From Escherichia phage Ec_MI-02: DNA of 64,000 bases. Below the pieces are notes generated by a model. The model saw only the letters and a list, made by a program, of their open reading frames with translations. It was not told the origin of the DNA and did not search any database. The stretch lies in sequence record OP856590.1; one strand, written 5' to 3'. Numbering within the stretch: the first letter of the stretch is position 1; each line of letters starts with the position of its first letter. This document shows positions 29,020-43,172 of this stretch, piece by piece. Position numbers and translations under genes: made by a program.

Positions 29020-29354
29020 TTCATAATCACCAAATAAGCAGATTTAGCAGTTTCAACACGATAAATTTCGTGACGAAGTTTAGTTATACTTTTAATAACA
29101 GAACTAATTATATTCTGCCCATCTTTAAAGCGGTTTTTCTTATCAATAAAAATTGCGCCAACCATCTTTTTGTGAAGCTCAACTGGATACTTCGTCACAA
29201 TAATAGCATCATACACAGAAGGATGAATACTATTCACTAGAGTGTCATTCATTAAAGTTATTCTAATAAACTGTGCTGTGTCAGAGTCAAGCGCTCTATG
29301 ATCGCCAGTATCATTTTCAAGACAATTATCAATTATATCAGTTAAATTCATCAT
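29016..29354 (-). CDS. hypothetical protein (112 aa)
   Basis: ATGA-coupled ORF. Confidence 0.6.
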   Translation of the reverse strand: MMNLTDIIDNCLENDTGDHRALDSDTAQFIRITLMNDTLVNSIHPSVYDAIIVTKYPVELHKKMVGAIFIDKKNRFKDGQNIISSVIKSITKLRHEIYRVETAKSAYLVIMK

Positions 29355-29587
29355 AGTACGCCATACACCCTTTGTGCTTCAACTAATCCATCAAAATCCA
29401 ATTTGAGATGTGTTATTTGGTCACCATCACCTGGATTCACAATTACTAATACTGAACGAGGAGTTTCGGTAATAACGCGAACCGATGTTTCTGGAAATCG
29501 TTCAGAAACCTTATTTACCAATTCCTGAGCAAATAGTTTAACTTTTTCTTGGAATTCTTTAACAGTAATTGGTTTTTCACTTAGCAT
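29351..29587 (-). CDS. hypothetical protein (78 aa)
   Basis: ATGA-coupled ORF. Confidence 0.6.
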   Translation of the reverse strand: MLSEKPITVKEFQEKVKLFAQELVNKVSERFPETSVRVITETPRSVLVIVNPGDGDQITHLKLDFDGLVEAQRVYGVL

Positions 29588-30108
29588 GTTGATCCCAGCT
29601 CCTTACTTTCAACGTTTTTAACTAATTTGACAGAAACTAATTCGGCATCTTGGGTAATCATTACCGGACCTTCTTCATACTCTTCAAGATATTCTAGAGC
29701 TTTCTTTTTAGCTTCTTCCTTCGTATCAGTTTGAGCATAGATATAAAACATGCAACCAGTAATACCTACTACTTTCCACTTAATTTCTTTATCAGTTTTA
29801 ATTTCAAATTTACTGACAGAATCATCTTTTTGAACTTCTTCGAAAAAAGAATATTCTAACATATAAGCAATTGAAAATAGCGGGCTAACTTTATAGGATT
29901 CGCCCATTACATCAACAGCTTTATACCAGCAGTCATCAATTTCGCGTTTAATGCTAATAACATTTTTCGCAGGATCTATTTTTACTTTAAATGAATTTTC
30001 CCCAATAAACTGGGCAATTCGTTTATTAGCCCCGCAAGTTTCATTAAAAATATCTTTATATCCAGCTTTAAAGCGATAAACCTTATCTTCTTCAAACCAT
30101 TCGCTCAT
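29581..30108 (-). CDS. hypothetical protein (175 aa)
   Basis: ORF with upstream early promoter. Confidence 0.65.
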   Translation of the reverse strand: MSEWFEEDKVYRFKAGYKDIFNETCGANKRIAQFIGENSFKVKIDPAKNVISIKREIDDCWYKAVDVMGESYKVSPLFSIAYMLEYSFFEEVQKDDSVSKFEIKTDKEIKWKVVGITGCMFYIYAQTDTKEEAKKKALEYLEEYEEGPVMITQDAELVSVKLVKNVESKELGSTC

Positions 30109-30138
30109 TTCAATTTCCTCATTTGTTTTGGTAGAGCT

Positions 30139-30167
30139 ATAATATCACAACTCTACCGTAAAGTAAA
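30139..30167 (-). promoter_or_regulatory. sigma70-type early promoter
   Basis: minus-strand TTTACT, 17-nt spacer, TATTAT. Confidence 0.5.
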
Positions 30168-30170
30168 CTA

Positions 30171-30452
30171 TTAAATTGCTTTGAATTCTGATGTCTGTGA
30201 TTCAAAGCGAATATCGCCTTTGATGACTAGCTCAGCATCAAGACCAAATACGACAATGATATGCGCGGAACCCGGATACAGCGTAATTGCAATAGAATCC
30301 ACCTGGTCTGGAAGCAAAGTGTTCAATACATGAGTCACTTGAGCATGAATTCGAAGCTCGGCTGCGTTATCAAGCTTTTCAAACATATTATTAGCGATAA
30401 TTTGACTAAACACTACTTCTACGATTTTAGAATAAGTCGGAAACATATTCAC
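30171..30452 (-). CDS. hypothetical protein (93 aa)
   Basis: ORF in the operon. Confidence 0.6.
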   Translation of the reverse strand: MNMFPTYSKIVEVVFSQIIANNMFEKLDNAAELRIHAQVTHVLNTLLPDQVDSIAITLYPGSAHIIVVFGLDAELVIKGDIRFESQTSEFKAI

Positions 30453-30649
30453 CCCACATAATTTTCTTCAAGCCAATTAATAACATCCAACGCATTATCA
30501 AAAGTTGAACCATCTACTATGTCTTCTGTTTCATAATCAAGAATATCTAAGTCTATTCTTCCATCAACAATAGGCCATAAACAAAATAAATATTTCTTTT
30601 CTTTTTCAATTTTATCACAAAGTTGATAAATCTTTTCTATGTTATTCAT
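30449..30649 (-). CDS. hypothetical protein (66 aa)
   Basis: ATGA-coupled ORF. Confidence 0.55.
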   Translation of the reverse strand: MNNIEKIYQLCDKIEKEKKYLFCLWPIVDGRIDLDILDYETEDIVDGSTFDNALDVINWLEENYVG

Positions 30650-30838
30650 AAGTTTTCCATGGTAAAGGCAGTTTAGTTTTCTTTACTGTTAGTTCAACAT
30701 TAGGATTCTTTTCTCTCAATTTAATGCATTCCTCCCAAGCTCTGATTTCACTAGTGAATACACAAAATTGCCCATTACTAGTACCAACTAAACCACTATT
30801 TACAATAACAATAGACCAAGTTTCATGATGCCACGCCA

Positions 30839-30839
<1 letters not shown>
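30642..30839 (-). CDS. hypothetical protein (65 aa)
   Basis: start trimmed to the ATG that overlaps the pseT stop (TAATG). Confidence 0.5.
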
Positions 30840-32064
<1,225 letters not shown>

Positions 32065-32067
32065 TTA

Positions 32068-32298
32068 TTATTTCTCAACCAATGATTGAATATAATCATG
32101 CAGGTCTTTAGATGCTTTACCCCACTTATTTTGGTATTCATTTTTAAGATTAGCACGTGATTGAGCTAATAAAACATCATTAGTTGGAGGTAAAGATTCT
32201 AACCGCTGAATCTGGCGTCCGTAAATCATTGCAGCCATCTCGGATTCATAAATCAATCCTTTGAGATGTTCAAATTGATGCCATGAAATCATTTGCAT
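32068..32298 (-). CDS. hypothetical protein (76 aa)
   Basis: small ORF. Confidence 0.55.
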   Translation of the reverse strand: MQMISWHQFEHLKGLIYESEMAAMIYGRQIQRLESLPPTNDVLLAQSRANLKNEYQNKWGKASKDLHDYIQSLVEK

Positions 32299-32588
32299 TT
32301 ATCCTCTTTTAACTCTTGGCGATAATAACATATCATAGTTTTCTGATCATGTACATATCGTTTTACATCATTAAGCCAAATACGAAATTCCTGGGAATCT
32401 TCGAATGGCATACCGACCCAAGCTTTACCATCAATAACTTTAACTTGCCAAGATAGTTTAGCTTCATCGTATGACTTTATTTGTACTGGCCAATTAGGAT
32501 GAACTGTTTCTTTCTTTACTTCTAGAGGCTTTGTCGAACAACCAACTAGAAGACCGATAGATAATATTACTGCTGACAGTTTAATCAT
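32289..32588 (-). CDS. outer-membrane spanin-like lipoprotein (Rz1-like)
   Basis: 99 aa; signal peptide with lipobox LVGC; adjacent to the candidate i-spanin. Confidence 0.65.
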   Translation of the reverse strand: MIKLSAVILSIGLLVGCSTKPLEVKKETVHPNWPVQIKSYDEAKLSWQVKVIDGKAWVGMPFEDSQEFRIWLNDVKRYVHDQKTMICYYRQELKEDKCK

Positions 32589-32938
32589 TTAGAAAGGTCC
32601 TGGATGTCTTCTGCGAACTTGTTGAAGGAGTTGTTGATTTGTTTTTCAACCAATCCTGGCTTATGAGCCACCACATCCGCCTTCTTTGCGTCTTTGCGCA
32701 GTTTTTCATTTTCACGCTCAATAGCAGCAATTGCCTCACGATTTTTATTATTCATCGCATCAATATAATTATACTGAATTCGCAAATTATTTAATGCTAA
32801 AGCGTTTTCATTGGCCGTTTTTGTAATTTCTACAACAGACGTTTCTAATCTTTCAATTTTATTTTTTAAAATTAAAGAAGTTCCGCCCAATGCAATTACA
32901 ATTAATAACAAGCCTGTTGTCGTATTACTTAATTGCAT
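32585..32938 (-). CDS. inner-membrane spanin-like protein (Rz-like)
   Basis: 117 aa; N-terminal TM helix followed by a charged, coiled-coil-like periplasmic segment. Confidence 0.65.
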   Translation of the reverse strand: MQLSNTTTGLLLIVIALGGTSLILKNKIERLETSVVEITKTANENALALNNLRIQYNYIDAMNNKNREAIAAIERENEKLRKDAKKADVVAHKPGLVEKQINNSFNKFAEDIQDLSK

Positions 32939-33435
32939 AAAGTTTTAATAACCTCTATAATATCGTCTTGAGAAAGACCGTTAATTAAAATATGATGTTC
33001 AGCCGGAGATTTAGAAATTTTAAAGCATGCCTCAACATCTTCTGCCATATCTGATGCACTACGATTTGGATTACTAATTCCAAGACGGTGTTTTCCCGTT
33101 AAAGGATTAACGATGATATAGCATTTACAGTTGTTAATATGAACATTAGGTTGAGTCTGATTAATGAACACATCACAATCATATTTCGCAAGCTGATTTT
33201 CTAAAAAGACTTTCATCTCCTCAACCGCATCAGGAAGCATATCACGAGCTTGCTCAAGACGACGATTTCGATATTCTTTAATGGTCGTTTTCCGCTTGAC
33301 TTGCTTAGCTAAATCTTTCTTAAGATCGGTGATATATCCAACTCGACGATTTCCTTTAAATACAGAAATCCCATCTGTAGTATCACCGTATGCTTCAACG
33401 ACCATCTCAGTAGTAATAAGCTGCAAATCCATCAT
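32929..33435 (-). CDS. alc: Alc (host transcription terminator)
   Basis: 168 aa between the pseT region and rnlA; by position, size and recall. Confidence 0.75.
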   Translation of the reverse strand: MMDLQLITTEMVVEAYGDTTDGISVFKGNRRVGYITDLKKDLAKQVKRKTTIKEYRNRRLEQARDMLPDAVEEMKVFLENQLAKYDCDVFINQTQPNVHINNCKCYIIVNPLTGKHRLGISNPNRSASDMAEDVEACFKISKSPAEHHILINGLSQDDIIEVIKTLCN

Positions 33436-33463
33436 AAAGTCCTCATGTTATGTCAGTAAGACT

Positions 33464-33492
33464 ACTGTAACACAACACGAGGGACTTGTAAA
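33464..33492 (-). promoter_or_regulatory. sigma70-type early promoter with conserved leader (copy of the 17708-17760 element)
   Basis: minus-strand GTTTACAA, 17-nt spacer, TACAGT; 53-bp near-identical repeat. Confidence 0.6.
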
Positions 33493-33496
33493 CAGC

Positions 33497-35084
<1,588 letters not shown>

Positions 35085-35091
35085 AATAAAA

Positions 35092-35107
35092 TGGGCCTTG
35101 CGGCCCA
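35092..35107 (-). terminator. stem-loop between nrdB and denA
   Basis: GGGCC-GCAA-GGCCC on the minus strand. Confidence 0.5.
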
Positions 35108-35111
35108 CTCC

Positions 35112-36290
35112 TTAAAAATATTTTTTAAAACTCATCATAACTTTATCATCAACATCATTATCAATCTGTGCTACAAGGTAAGATGACAGTTCTACTTCTT
35201 GTGGCGCGGATTGAACATTATCAGAATTAAGATATTCACGAATCCAAGGATACGGATGTTTAACCGGAGCATCGGTAATTGGGCATGGAAGACCGCACTG
35301 TTTCATACGAGATACAGTTAAGTAATCAATAAAGCTCCACATGCTATTTGTATTTAATCCAGGAACATCGCCATCTTTAAATAAATGAACTGCCCAATCT
35401 TTTTCTTGGCGGTTAACTTCCATGAAAATATCAACTGCTTCTTGTTCACACTCTTGGGCGATTTTAACCCATTCATCACCATCAGTGCCAAGTTGAAGTT
35501 GACGAATAATATATTGGGTGCCTTTAAGGTGAAGCTGCTCATCACGTGCAATGAACTTCATAATCTTGGCATTACCTTCCATGATTTCCATGTTTTTATG
35601 GAAGTTAAAGGTACATGCGAAAGATACATAAAAACGAATAGCTTCCAATGCGTTGATTACGTGCAGGCAGAGGTAAAGAGAGCGCATTAGTTCACGTTTC
35701 CAATACATTTCATGCTCTATGGCATCTTTAATATCATCTTCGTCTGCGTTAATTTCTTTTTGGTACTCAATATCAGCTTTAGCATTCTGCCAATATCTAG
35801 TTTTCTTAATAACATCATCATAATAACGACCAATAGATTCAGCACGTTTCATGATAGCTTTATCTAATACAATCTCATCAAATACCTTTGACGGATCAGT
35901 ATAAAGATTCCGCATAATATGAGTGTATGAACGACTGTGAATAGTTTCACTAAAAGTCCATGTAGCAACCCATGTATCAAGGCTTGGGTCTGAAATTAAT
36001 GACATAAGTACAGCAGACGGTGCACGACCCTGAATGCTATCTAGAAGTGATTGATACTTCAGGTTATTAGTAAAAATATCTTGCTGATACTGAGGAAGCT
36101 TGTTAAATTGTGCAGCATCCATCATCAAGTTTACTTCTTCAGGACGCCAGAAAAATGATAATTGCTTTTCGGTTAAATCTTCAAAAACTTTATGACGTTG
36201 AATATCATAACGCGCAATACCAAGACCTGAACCGAAGAACATAGGTTCTTTTAAAACATCAACTGGATTTGTATTAAAAACTGTGCTCAT
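35112..36290 (-). CDS. nrdB: ribonucleotide reductase small subunit (continuous, no intron)
   Basis: 392-aa uninterrupted ORF with a ferritin-like diiron fold signature. Confidence 0.93.
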   Translation of the reverse strand: MSTVFNTNPVDVLKEPMFFGSGLGIARYDIQRHKVFEDLTEKQLSFFWRPEEVNLMMDAAQFNKLPQYQQDIFTNNLKYQSLLDSIQGRAPSAVLMSLISDPSLDTWVATWTFSETIHSRSYTHIMRNLYTDPSKVFDEIVLDKAIMKRAESIGRYYDDVIKKTRYWQNAKADIEYQKEINADEDDIKDAIEHEMYWKRELMRSLYLCLHVINALEAIRFYVSFACTFNFHKNMEIMEGNAKIMKFIARDEQLHLKGTQYIIRQLQLGTDGDEWVKIAQECEQEAVDIFMEVNRQEKDWAVHLFKDGDVPGLNTNSMWSFIDYLTVSRMKQCGLPCPITDAPVKHPYPWIREYLNSDNVQSAPQEVELSSYLVAQIDNDVDDKVMMSFKKYF

Positions 36291-36341
36291 AAATTTTCCG
36301 CTTAGTTAATAGATAGTGACTCGTCCGTGAGTCAAATTATA

Positions 36342-38606
36342 TCATAATTTACAGGATGAACAATCTTCAGCTTTTGGAGTTTCTATTTCATAATCATCAG
36401 TACCAGAACCATCACGGGTATTATGATAATAGAAATTTTTTCCGCCAAAATACCAAAAATACAAAAGGTCATCAATCATTATTGACATTGGAACCTTTCC
36501 TTTTGGAAAAATCTGCGGGTCATAATATGTATTCGCTGAAGCTGATTGACATACCCATTTCAGCATAATAGCTACTTGCGTAAGATAAGGTTTATTACCT
36601 TTTTTAGCTAATTTCCACGTATAATCATACAGGTCTATGTTATGCTCAATATTGGGCACGACTTGATTAAAGGAGCCCTCTTTTGATTCTTTAACAGAGA
36701 CTGGTCCACGTGGAGGCTCGATACCGTTTGTACTGTTAGAAACTTGGGAAGATGACTCACATGGCATAAGTGCTGATAATGTGCTATTACGGATGCCAAA
36801 GAGCTTAAGGTCTTCCCGCAGCGACGACCAGTCACAAACGTATTTTGGAGCTGCGATTTGGTCAATCTTTTTATTGTACCAGTCGATAGGTAATTCGCCT
36901 CGAGACCAACGAGTGTCTGAATAATATTCGCAAGGTCCTTTTTCTTTGGCGAGCTTAATGGATGCTTTAATGAGTCCATACTGTAATCTCTCAAATAGTT
37001 CATGTGTTAAATCGTTAGCATCTTCATAAGAAGCAAAATTACTTGCCAGCCAAGCTGCATAGTTAGTAACACCTACGCCAAGGTTTCGACGCTTTTTAGC
37101 TTTTTCTGCTTCAGGAACTGGATATCCTTGGTAGTCCAAAAGATTATCAAGAGCACGAACTTGGACTTCTGCCAATTCATTAATTTTATCTTGGTCTTGC
37201 CAATCGAAGTTATCTAACACAAATGCAGATAACGTGCACAATCCAATTTCAGCATCAGGACTATTCACATCATTTGTTGGAATAGCAATTTCACAACACA
37301 AGTTACTCTGACGAATAGGTGCCTTTTCACGAATAAATGGCGTATAGTTATTCGTATTATCAATGAACTGCACATAAATCCTTGCTGTTCCTGAGCGTTC
37401 AGTCATGAGTAATTCAAACAGTTCACGGGCTTTAATACGCTTTTTACGAATATTAGGGTCTTTTTCTGCGGCTTCGTATAATTCACGGAAACGGTCTTGG
37501 TCTTTAAAATAAGAATAATAAAGTTCGCCACCCATTTCATGCGGACTGAACAAAGTAATGTAATCATTCTTTCCGAATCGTTCCATCATTAGGTCATTCA
37601 GTTGAACGCCATAATCCATATGACGGATACGGTTTTCTTCTACACCTTTGTTATTTTTCAAAACGAGAAGATTTTCAACTTCCAAATGCCAAATAGGATA
37701 ATAAGCAGTAGCAGCGCCGCCACGAATTCCACCCTGTGAACATGATTTAACTGCAGTCTGAAAATGTTTCCAAAAAGGAATAACACCAGTATGACGCACT
37801 TCACCCATTCCAATCTTAGAACCTTCGGCACGAATCATACCAACGTTAATACCAATTCCAGCGCGTTTGGAGATATATTCAACAATTGAAGCAGAAGCCT
37901 TATTGATAGACTTTAATGAATCACCTGCCTCAATAACAACGCATGAACTAAACTGCCGAGTTGGAGTACGGCAACCAGCCATAATAGGGGTTGGCAGTGA
38001 AATCTGTCGAGTAGATACTGCTTCATAAAAACGAATAACATGTTTTAATCTATCAACAGGTTCATCTTGATGCAATGCCATTCCAATAGTCATAAATGCA
38101 AACTGTGGAGTTTCATAAATTTGACCAGTGGTTTTATCTTTAACTAGATATTTTTCTTTTAATTGCATCGCCCCGGAATAAGTAAATTCCATATCCCGTT
38201 CGTGCTTAATTTTTGATTCTAAAAATGTAATTTCTTCTGCTGAATATTTTGACAATAATTCAGGGTCGTATTTACCTTCATTTACACAATAAGAAATATG
38301 ATCAATAAATGAACGTGGTTCATACTGTCCATAAACATGCTTACGAAGAGCGAACATTAAACAGCGTGCAGCTACATATTGGTAATCAGGCTCTTCAACT
38401 GAAATAGAATTCGCAGCAGCCTTAATTACAATGGTTTGAATGTCATCAGTTGTCATTCCATCACGGAGATATGATTTAATATTTTCATATAATTCATAAG
38501 GATCTACAGATGTTCCTTCAGCTGCCCAAGATAAAACTTTAATAATTTTTTGCGGGTCAAAGCTCTGAGAAACACCACTACTTTTGATAACATTAATTAA
38601 TTGCAT
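36342..38606 (-). CDS. nrdA: ribonucleotide reductase large subunit
   Basis: 754 aa; C-terminal Cys pair CSSCKL and RNR catalytic region. Confidence 0.95.
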   Translation of the reverse strand: MQLINVIKSSGVSQSFDPQKIIKVLSWAAEGTSVDPYELYENIKSYLRDGMTTDDIQTIVIKAAANSISVEEPDYQYVAARCLMFALRKHVYGQYEPRSFIDHISYCVNEGKYDPELLSKYSAEEITFLESKIKHERDMEFTYSGAMQLKEKYLVKDKTTGQIYETPQFAFMTIGMALHQDEPVDRLKHVIRFYEAVSTRQISLPTPIMAGCRTPTRQFSSCVVIEAGDSLKSINKASASIVEYISKRAGIGINVGMIRAEGSKIGMGEVRHTGVIPFWKHFQTAVKSCSQGGIRGGAATAYYPIWHLEVENLLVLKNNKGVEENRIRHMDYGVQLNDLMMERFGKNDYITLFSPHEMGGELYYSYFKDQDRFRELYEAAEKDPNIRKKRIKARELFELLMTERSGTARIYVQFIDNTNNYTPFIREKAPIRQSNLCCEIAIPTNDVNSPDAEIGLCTLSAFVLDNFDWQDQDKINELAEVQVRALDNLLDYQGYPVPEAEKAKKRRNLGVGVTNYAAWLASNFASYEDANDLTHELFERLQYGLIKASIKLAKEKGPCEYYSDTRWSRGELPIDWYNKKIDQIAAPKYVCDWSSLREDLKLFGIRNSTLSALMPCESSSQVSNSTNGIEPPRGPVSVKESKEGSFNQVVPNIEHNIDLYDYTWKLAKKGNKPYLTQVAIMLKWVCQSASANTYYDPQIFPKGKVPMSIMIDDLLYFWYFGGKNFYYHNTRDGSGTDDYEIETPKAEDCSSCKL

Positions 38607-38863
38607 AAGTCCTCAACTTGAAAATCGTCTTTAAACAATCGGTTAACTATATGAGCTATTATATCACCATGACACGGCTTCGGTTTACATGTGCATCCTA
38701 GCCTCATTCCACGTAAAGGCTCTAAATGTGCTTTAGTTATTTCTCCGGATTTAATTCGACGTATAAAATCTTTTTTTGAATAATTCAATGGCAGCCTCCC
38801 GGCTGCCAGCATCTTTACCGACGTAATTTCCCCAAAATGTACCACGGTGAATATTAACATCAA
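38597..38863 (-). CDS. hypothetical protein (88 aa)
   Basis: ORF between td and nrdA. Confidence 0.6.
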   Translation of the reverse strand: MMLIFTVVHFGEITSVKMLAAGRLPLNYSKKDFIRRIKSGEITKAHLEPLRGMRLGCTCKPKPCHGDIIAHIVNRLFKDDFQVEDLCN

Positions 38864-38877
38864 AGTCGGATTTATAT

Positions 38878-39153
38878 TTATTCACTACCTGGCATAGACG
38901 GCCCGCGCGGTGATAATTCGTCATATTGTTTTTCCGTTAAAACAGTAATATCATAATAACAGTCAGAAGAAGTTTTAACTGTGGAAATTTTATTATCAAA
39001 ATACTCACGAGTCATTTTATGAGTATAATATTTTTTGCCATAAATGATAATAGGCTGATTTGGTCCTGGAACTTCTAACTCGCTTGGATTAGGAAGTGTA
39101 AAAAGAACGACACCAGAAGTATCTTTAAATCGTAAAATCATATATCCTCGCAA
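38878..39153 (-). CDS. hypothetical protein (91 aa)
   Basis: ORF between td and nrdA. Confidence 0.6.
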   Translation of the reverse strand: MRGYMILRFKDTSGVVLFTLPNPSELEVPGPNQPIIIYGKKYYTHKMTREYFDNKISTVKTSSDCYYDITVLTEKQYDELSPRGPSMPGSE

Positions 39154-39164
39154 TTAAATTAAAA

Positions 39165-40024
39165 TTATACCGCCATCTTTCCTTTAATTGGCGGGTGAGA
39201 TACATAGTTGTTAAGAACAAAATCATGCGGCTTTGCGAATTGACTCAACCAAAATACCTGTGATTCTGTGTTCCATTCATCAAATTCATCTGGAAATTTT
39301 AATTGTAATTCGCATAAATCCATAGGTTCACGACGCAAAATTTCTTTACATTGTTCTACGTGATTCATATAGATATGAGTATTACCACCAGAAAATATCA
39401 AATCTCCAGGAATAAGATTACACATCTTAGCTACAATATGAACTAACGTAGCATATGATGCAATATTAAATGGAAGACCGAGGAAAACATCTACCGAACG
39501 TTGATACCACTGCAAATCCAAATAGCCATTACGCACATTAAATTGATAGAACATATGACAAGGTGGTAATGCCATTTGCTTGAGTTCAGCTGGATTCCAT
39601 GCTGAAACAATTTGACGTCTATCATTTGGCAGTTTTTTAATACGATCAACAACTTCTATAATTTGGTCTACACCACCAAAATCACGCCACTGTTTTCCAT
39701 AAATTGGACCAAGTTCACCACTATGGTATCCTAAATCTTTTGCTTGATTTTCGTAATTTTCATCCCAGACTGTTTTGCCTTGAATTAATGAATCATGTTG
39801 AATTAATCGCAAATCATTGACATTTGTGCTTCCCGATAAAAACCATATTAGCTCAGCAATGCAAGCTTTCCAGGCAAGCTTCTTAGTCGTTACTGCAGGA
39901 AAACCTTTAGTTAAATCCCAGCGTAATTTAGTACCGAACAAAGCAATTGTTCCTGTGCCTGTTCGGTCATCGGTTTCATAACCGTTTTCCAGGATATTTT
40001 TAATTAAAAATTGGTATTGTTTCA

Positions 40025-40025
<1 letters not shown>
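39165..40025 (-). CDS. td: thymidylate synthase (continuous, no intron)
   Basis: 286 aa from ATG 40025 (MKQYQ...); ORF-track start is TTG; the ATG overlaps the upstream ORF stop as TAATG. Confidence 0.95.
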
Positions 40026-41057
<1,032 letters not shown>

Positions 41058-41067
41058 GTTATTTTCC

Positions 41068-41310
41068 TTAAACAGACTTTTTCACAATTTTCCAATCAGC
41101 TTTAAACTGATCGACGTCAGAATGGTAAATCCAGAATCCTGCGCTTTCTCCATCTTCATAAAGAGGACATCCATCACATTCATCTTCCCATCCCATATCA
41201 CGCAAAAGACGTTCAGCTTTTTCAATGAGTTCAGAATCTTTACCGATGATATTAAAATACCATTTACCTCTAACTTCTGAATCTTTAATGCTCTGACGTT
41301 GTAATCTCAT
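41068..41310 (-). CDS. hypothetical protein (80 aa)
   Basis: ORF with upstream early promoter. Confidence 0.6.
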   Translation of the reverse strand: MRLQRQSIKDSEVRGKWYFNIIGKDSELIEKAERLLRDMGWEDECDGCPLYEDGESAGFWIYHSDVDQFKADWKIVKKSV

Positions 41311-41335
41311 TTTATTCTCCTTAGTTGATAGGGTA

Positions 41336-41364
41336 ATAGTATCACACTACTACCCTTTTGTAAA
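41336..41364 (-). promoter_or_regulatory. sigma70-type early promoter
   Basis: minus-strand GTTTACAA, 17-nt spacer, TACTAT. Confidence 0.55.
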
Positions 41365-41745
41365 CTACTTTTTGAAAGTTTTTCGCAAAAGTTCAATGAT
41401 TTCGTCTACATTATTTTCGTCAACAATGCAGTGAATTTTTGTTACGCCAGAAACCTTGTCTTCGACTTCATCTTCTTCGGAAGTCGGTTCTTTATACTCA
41501 CGAAAACAATGAAATTCGTCTTCGCAAATTTCTAAAAGTCTATCTTTGAGGTAAAAATGCTTTCCGTTAGCGCATTCAATATGTTTTACCGCTTTAAATC
41601 CATTAGCAAAGAAAACTTCTTTAACTTCAAACCATCCGCCATTTTCTCGAATAATTTTAACTATTGACGCGTTGGATCGTGGGCTATAATTAATAAATGT
41701 ATCAATAAGTCTTGGAACAAGTTCATACTTTTTGCCAATATACAT
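41365..41745 (-). CDS. hypothetical protein (126 aa)
   Basis: ORF in the frd upstream region. Confidence 0.6.
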   Translation of the reverse strand: MYIGKKYELVPRLIDTFINYSPRSNASIVKIIRENGGWFEVKEVFFANGFKAVKHIECANGKHFYLKDRLLEICEDEFHCFREYKEPTSEEDEVEDKVSGVTKIHCIVDENNVDEIIELLRKTFKK

Positions 41746-41789
41746 TACGTTTTCCTCATTTTAACGGGGCTGTAATAGCCCCTTGATAA

Positions 41790-42020
41790 TTATTGTTCAA
41801 TCAATCCCATGTAAAATTCTGCGTCTTCAGAATCCATGCCGTCACAATACTCATTAGCCATAAAGCGGGTGAGGTCTTCAAGAGGACCTTCAATGACAAT
41901 AGAAAAATTGCAATAATTGGGATCATCGTGAATACTTGTGATACTAAGTTCAGGATAACGATTACGAATAATTTCTTCAATATATTCAAAATCAACGATG
42001 TCAATATCAACTTTAGCCAT
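41790..42020 (-). CDS. hypothetical acidic protein (76 aa)
   Basis: start trimmed to ATG 42020 (MAKVD...) with strong RBS AAAGAGGAAAA. Confidence 0.6.
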   Translation of the reverse strand: MAKVDIDIVDFEYIEEIIRNRYPELSITSIHDDPNYCNFSIVIEGPLEDLTRFMANEYCDGMDSEDAEFYMGLIEQ

Positions 42021-42052
42021 ATTATTTTCCTCTTTAATCATCAGCAGTATTG

Positions 42053-42142
42053 CCGATAGTTGTATAGTACCATAAAGCTTTATGCTTGTAAACCGTTTTG
42101 TGAAAAAATTTTGAAATAAAAAAGGGGACCTCTAGGGTCCCC
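42053..42142 (-). repeat. early promoter plus stem-loop cassette (PeSL-like), copy 1
   Basis: hairpin GGGGACC-TCTA-GGGTCCCC, A/T tract, TTTACA-17-TACTAT; near-identical to 58125-58226. Confidence 0.6.
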
Positions 42143-42164
42143 AATTAATTAGTAATATAATCTA

Positions 42165-43073
42165 TTAAAGGTCATTCAAAAGGTCATCCAGGTCCGTGTC
42201 ATCAGCACTAGATGAACTGCCAGAGCTTGAGCTCATAAAATCATCTTCAGTTTTTGTATTGAAGTCGTCAACATTGAATGCATCCAAATCATCAGCAACT
42301 TTATCAGCTTTCTTAGCGGCAGTCGCTGCGGCACCACCCATAGCAGCAGTTCCCATAACTTGACTGAATTTAGTGCTCAGTTCTTCAAACGATTTGAATT
42401 TATCTTTAGAAGTCATTTCAGAAAGGTCAACCATTTGTTCGAACAGTTCTTTCTGGAAAGATTCATCATCAATGTTTGGAATCGCAGATTGATTCAGGAA
42501 TTTAGATTCGTCGTAGTTACTAAAACCAGAAACTTGTTTAACTTTCAGTACAAAGTTAGCACCTTCCCACGGACAAGTTACATCAACCGGAGTTTCACCC
42601 ATTTCAACATCAACTGCAATCATTGCATTGATTTTATCCCAGATTTTCTTACCGAAGCGGTATTTAAATACTTTACCTTCATTTTCTGGAGCAGCCGGGT
42701 CTTTTACTACAAGAATGTTAGCCCAGTAAGAAGTTTTACGTTTAACAAGACCGTACTCTTTATTGTCAGTGTTATACAAATCATTTTTACTGATGTACTG
42801 ACATACTGGACAAGAATCGTAATCACCGTGGGTAGATGAACAGTTTTCAATATACCATTTACCATTTTTCTTGAAACCGTGATTTACAAGAATTGCAAAT
42901 GGTGCTTGTTCATCATTTTTAGACGGAAGAAAACGAATTACTGCTTGACCGTTACCCGCATTATCGAGTTTCAGTTTCCACTCGCCTTTATCTTCAGAAG
43001 AAAAACCACCTTTATTTCCAGCCAGTTTAGCCATTTGTGCAGCGAGTTCAGCAGTAGATTTACGTTTAAACAT
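42165..43073 (-). CDS. 32: single-stranded DNA-binding protein gp32
   Basis: 302 aa, [17 protein letters not shown]; acidic Ser/Asp-rich C-terminus. Confidence 0.96.
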   Translation of the reverse strand: MFKRKSTAELAAQMAKLAGNKGGFSSEDKGEWKLKLDNAGNGQAVIRFLPSKNDEQAPFAILVNHGFKKNGKWYIENCSSTHGDYDSCPVCQYISKNDLYNTDNKEYGLVKRKTSYWANILVVKDPAAPENEGKVFKYRFGKKIWDKINAMIAVDVEMGETPVDVTCPWEGANFVLKVKQVSGFSNYDESKFLNQSAIPNIDDESFQKELFEQMVDLSEMTSKDKFKSFEELSTKFSQVMGTAAMGGAAATAAKKADKVADDLDAFNVDDFNTKTEDDFMSSSSGSSSSADDTDLDDLLNDL

Positions 43074-43156
43074 TTTTATTTCCTTTTTAATTTAATTAAC
43101 AGTTGGTGCTATGACGATGTATGACCTCATAGCTGGTCAGTGAGATAATTATAATC

Positions 43157-43164
43157 TATTTATA
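43157..43164 (-). promoter_or_regulatory. late promoter motif upstream of gene 32
   Basis: exact TATAAATA on the minus strand in the 59-32 intergenic region. Confidence 0.5.
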
Positions 43165-43172
43165 ATAAGCAA

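Noticed and set aside
42360-42839. 159-aa plus-strand ORF inside gene 32
   Set aside because: Antisense to the highly conserved gp32 coding sequence; Phe/Asn-rich low-complexity product; no start signals.
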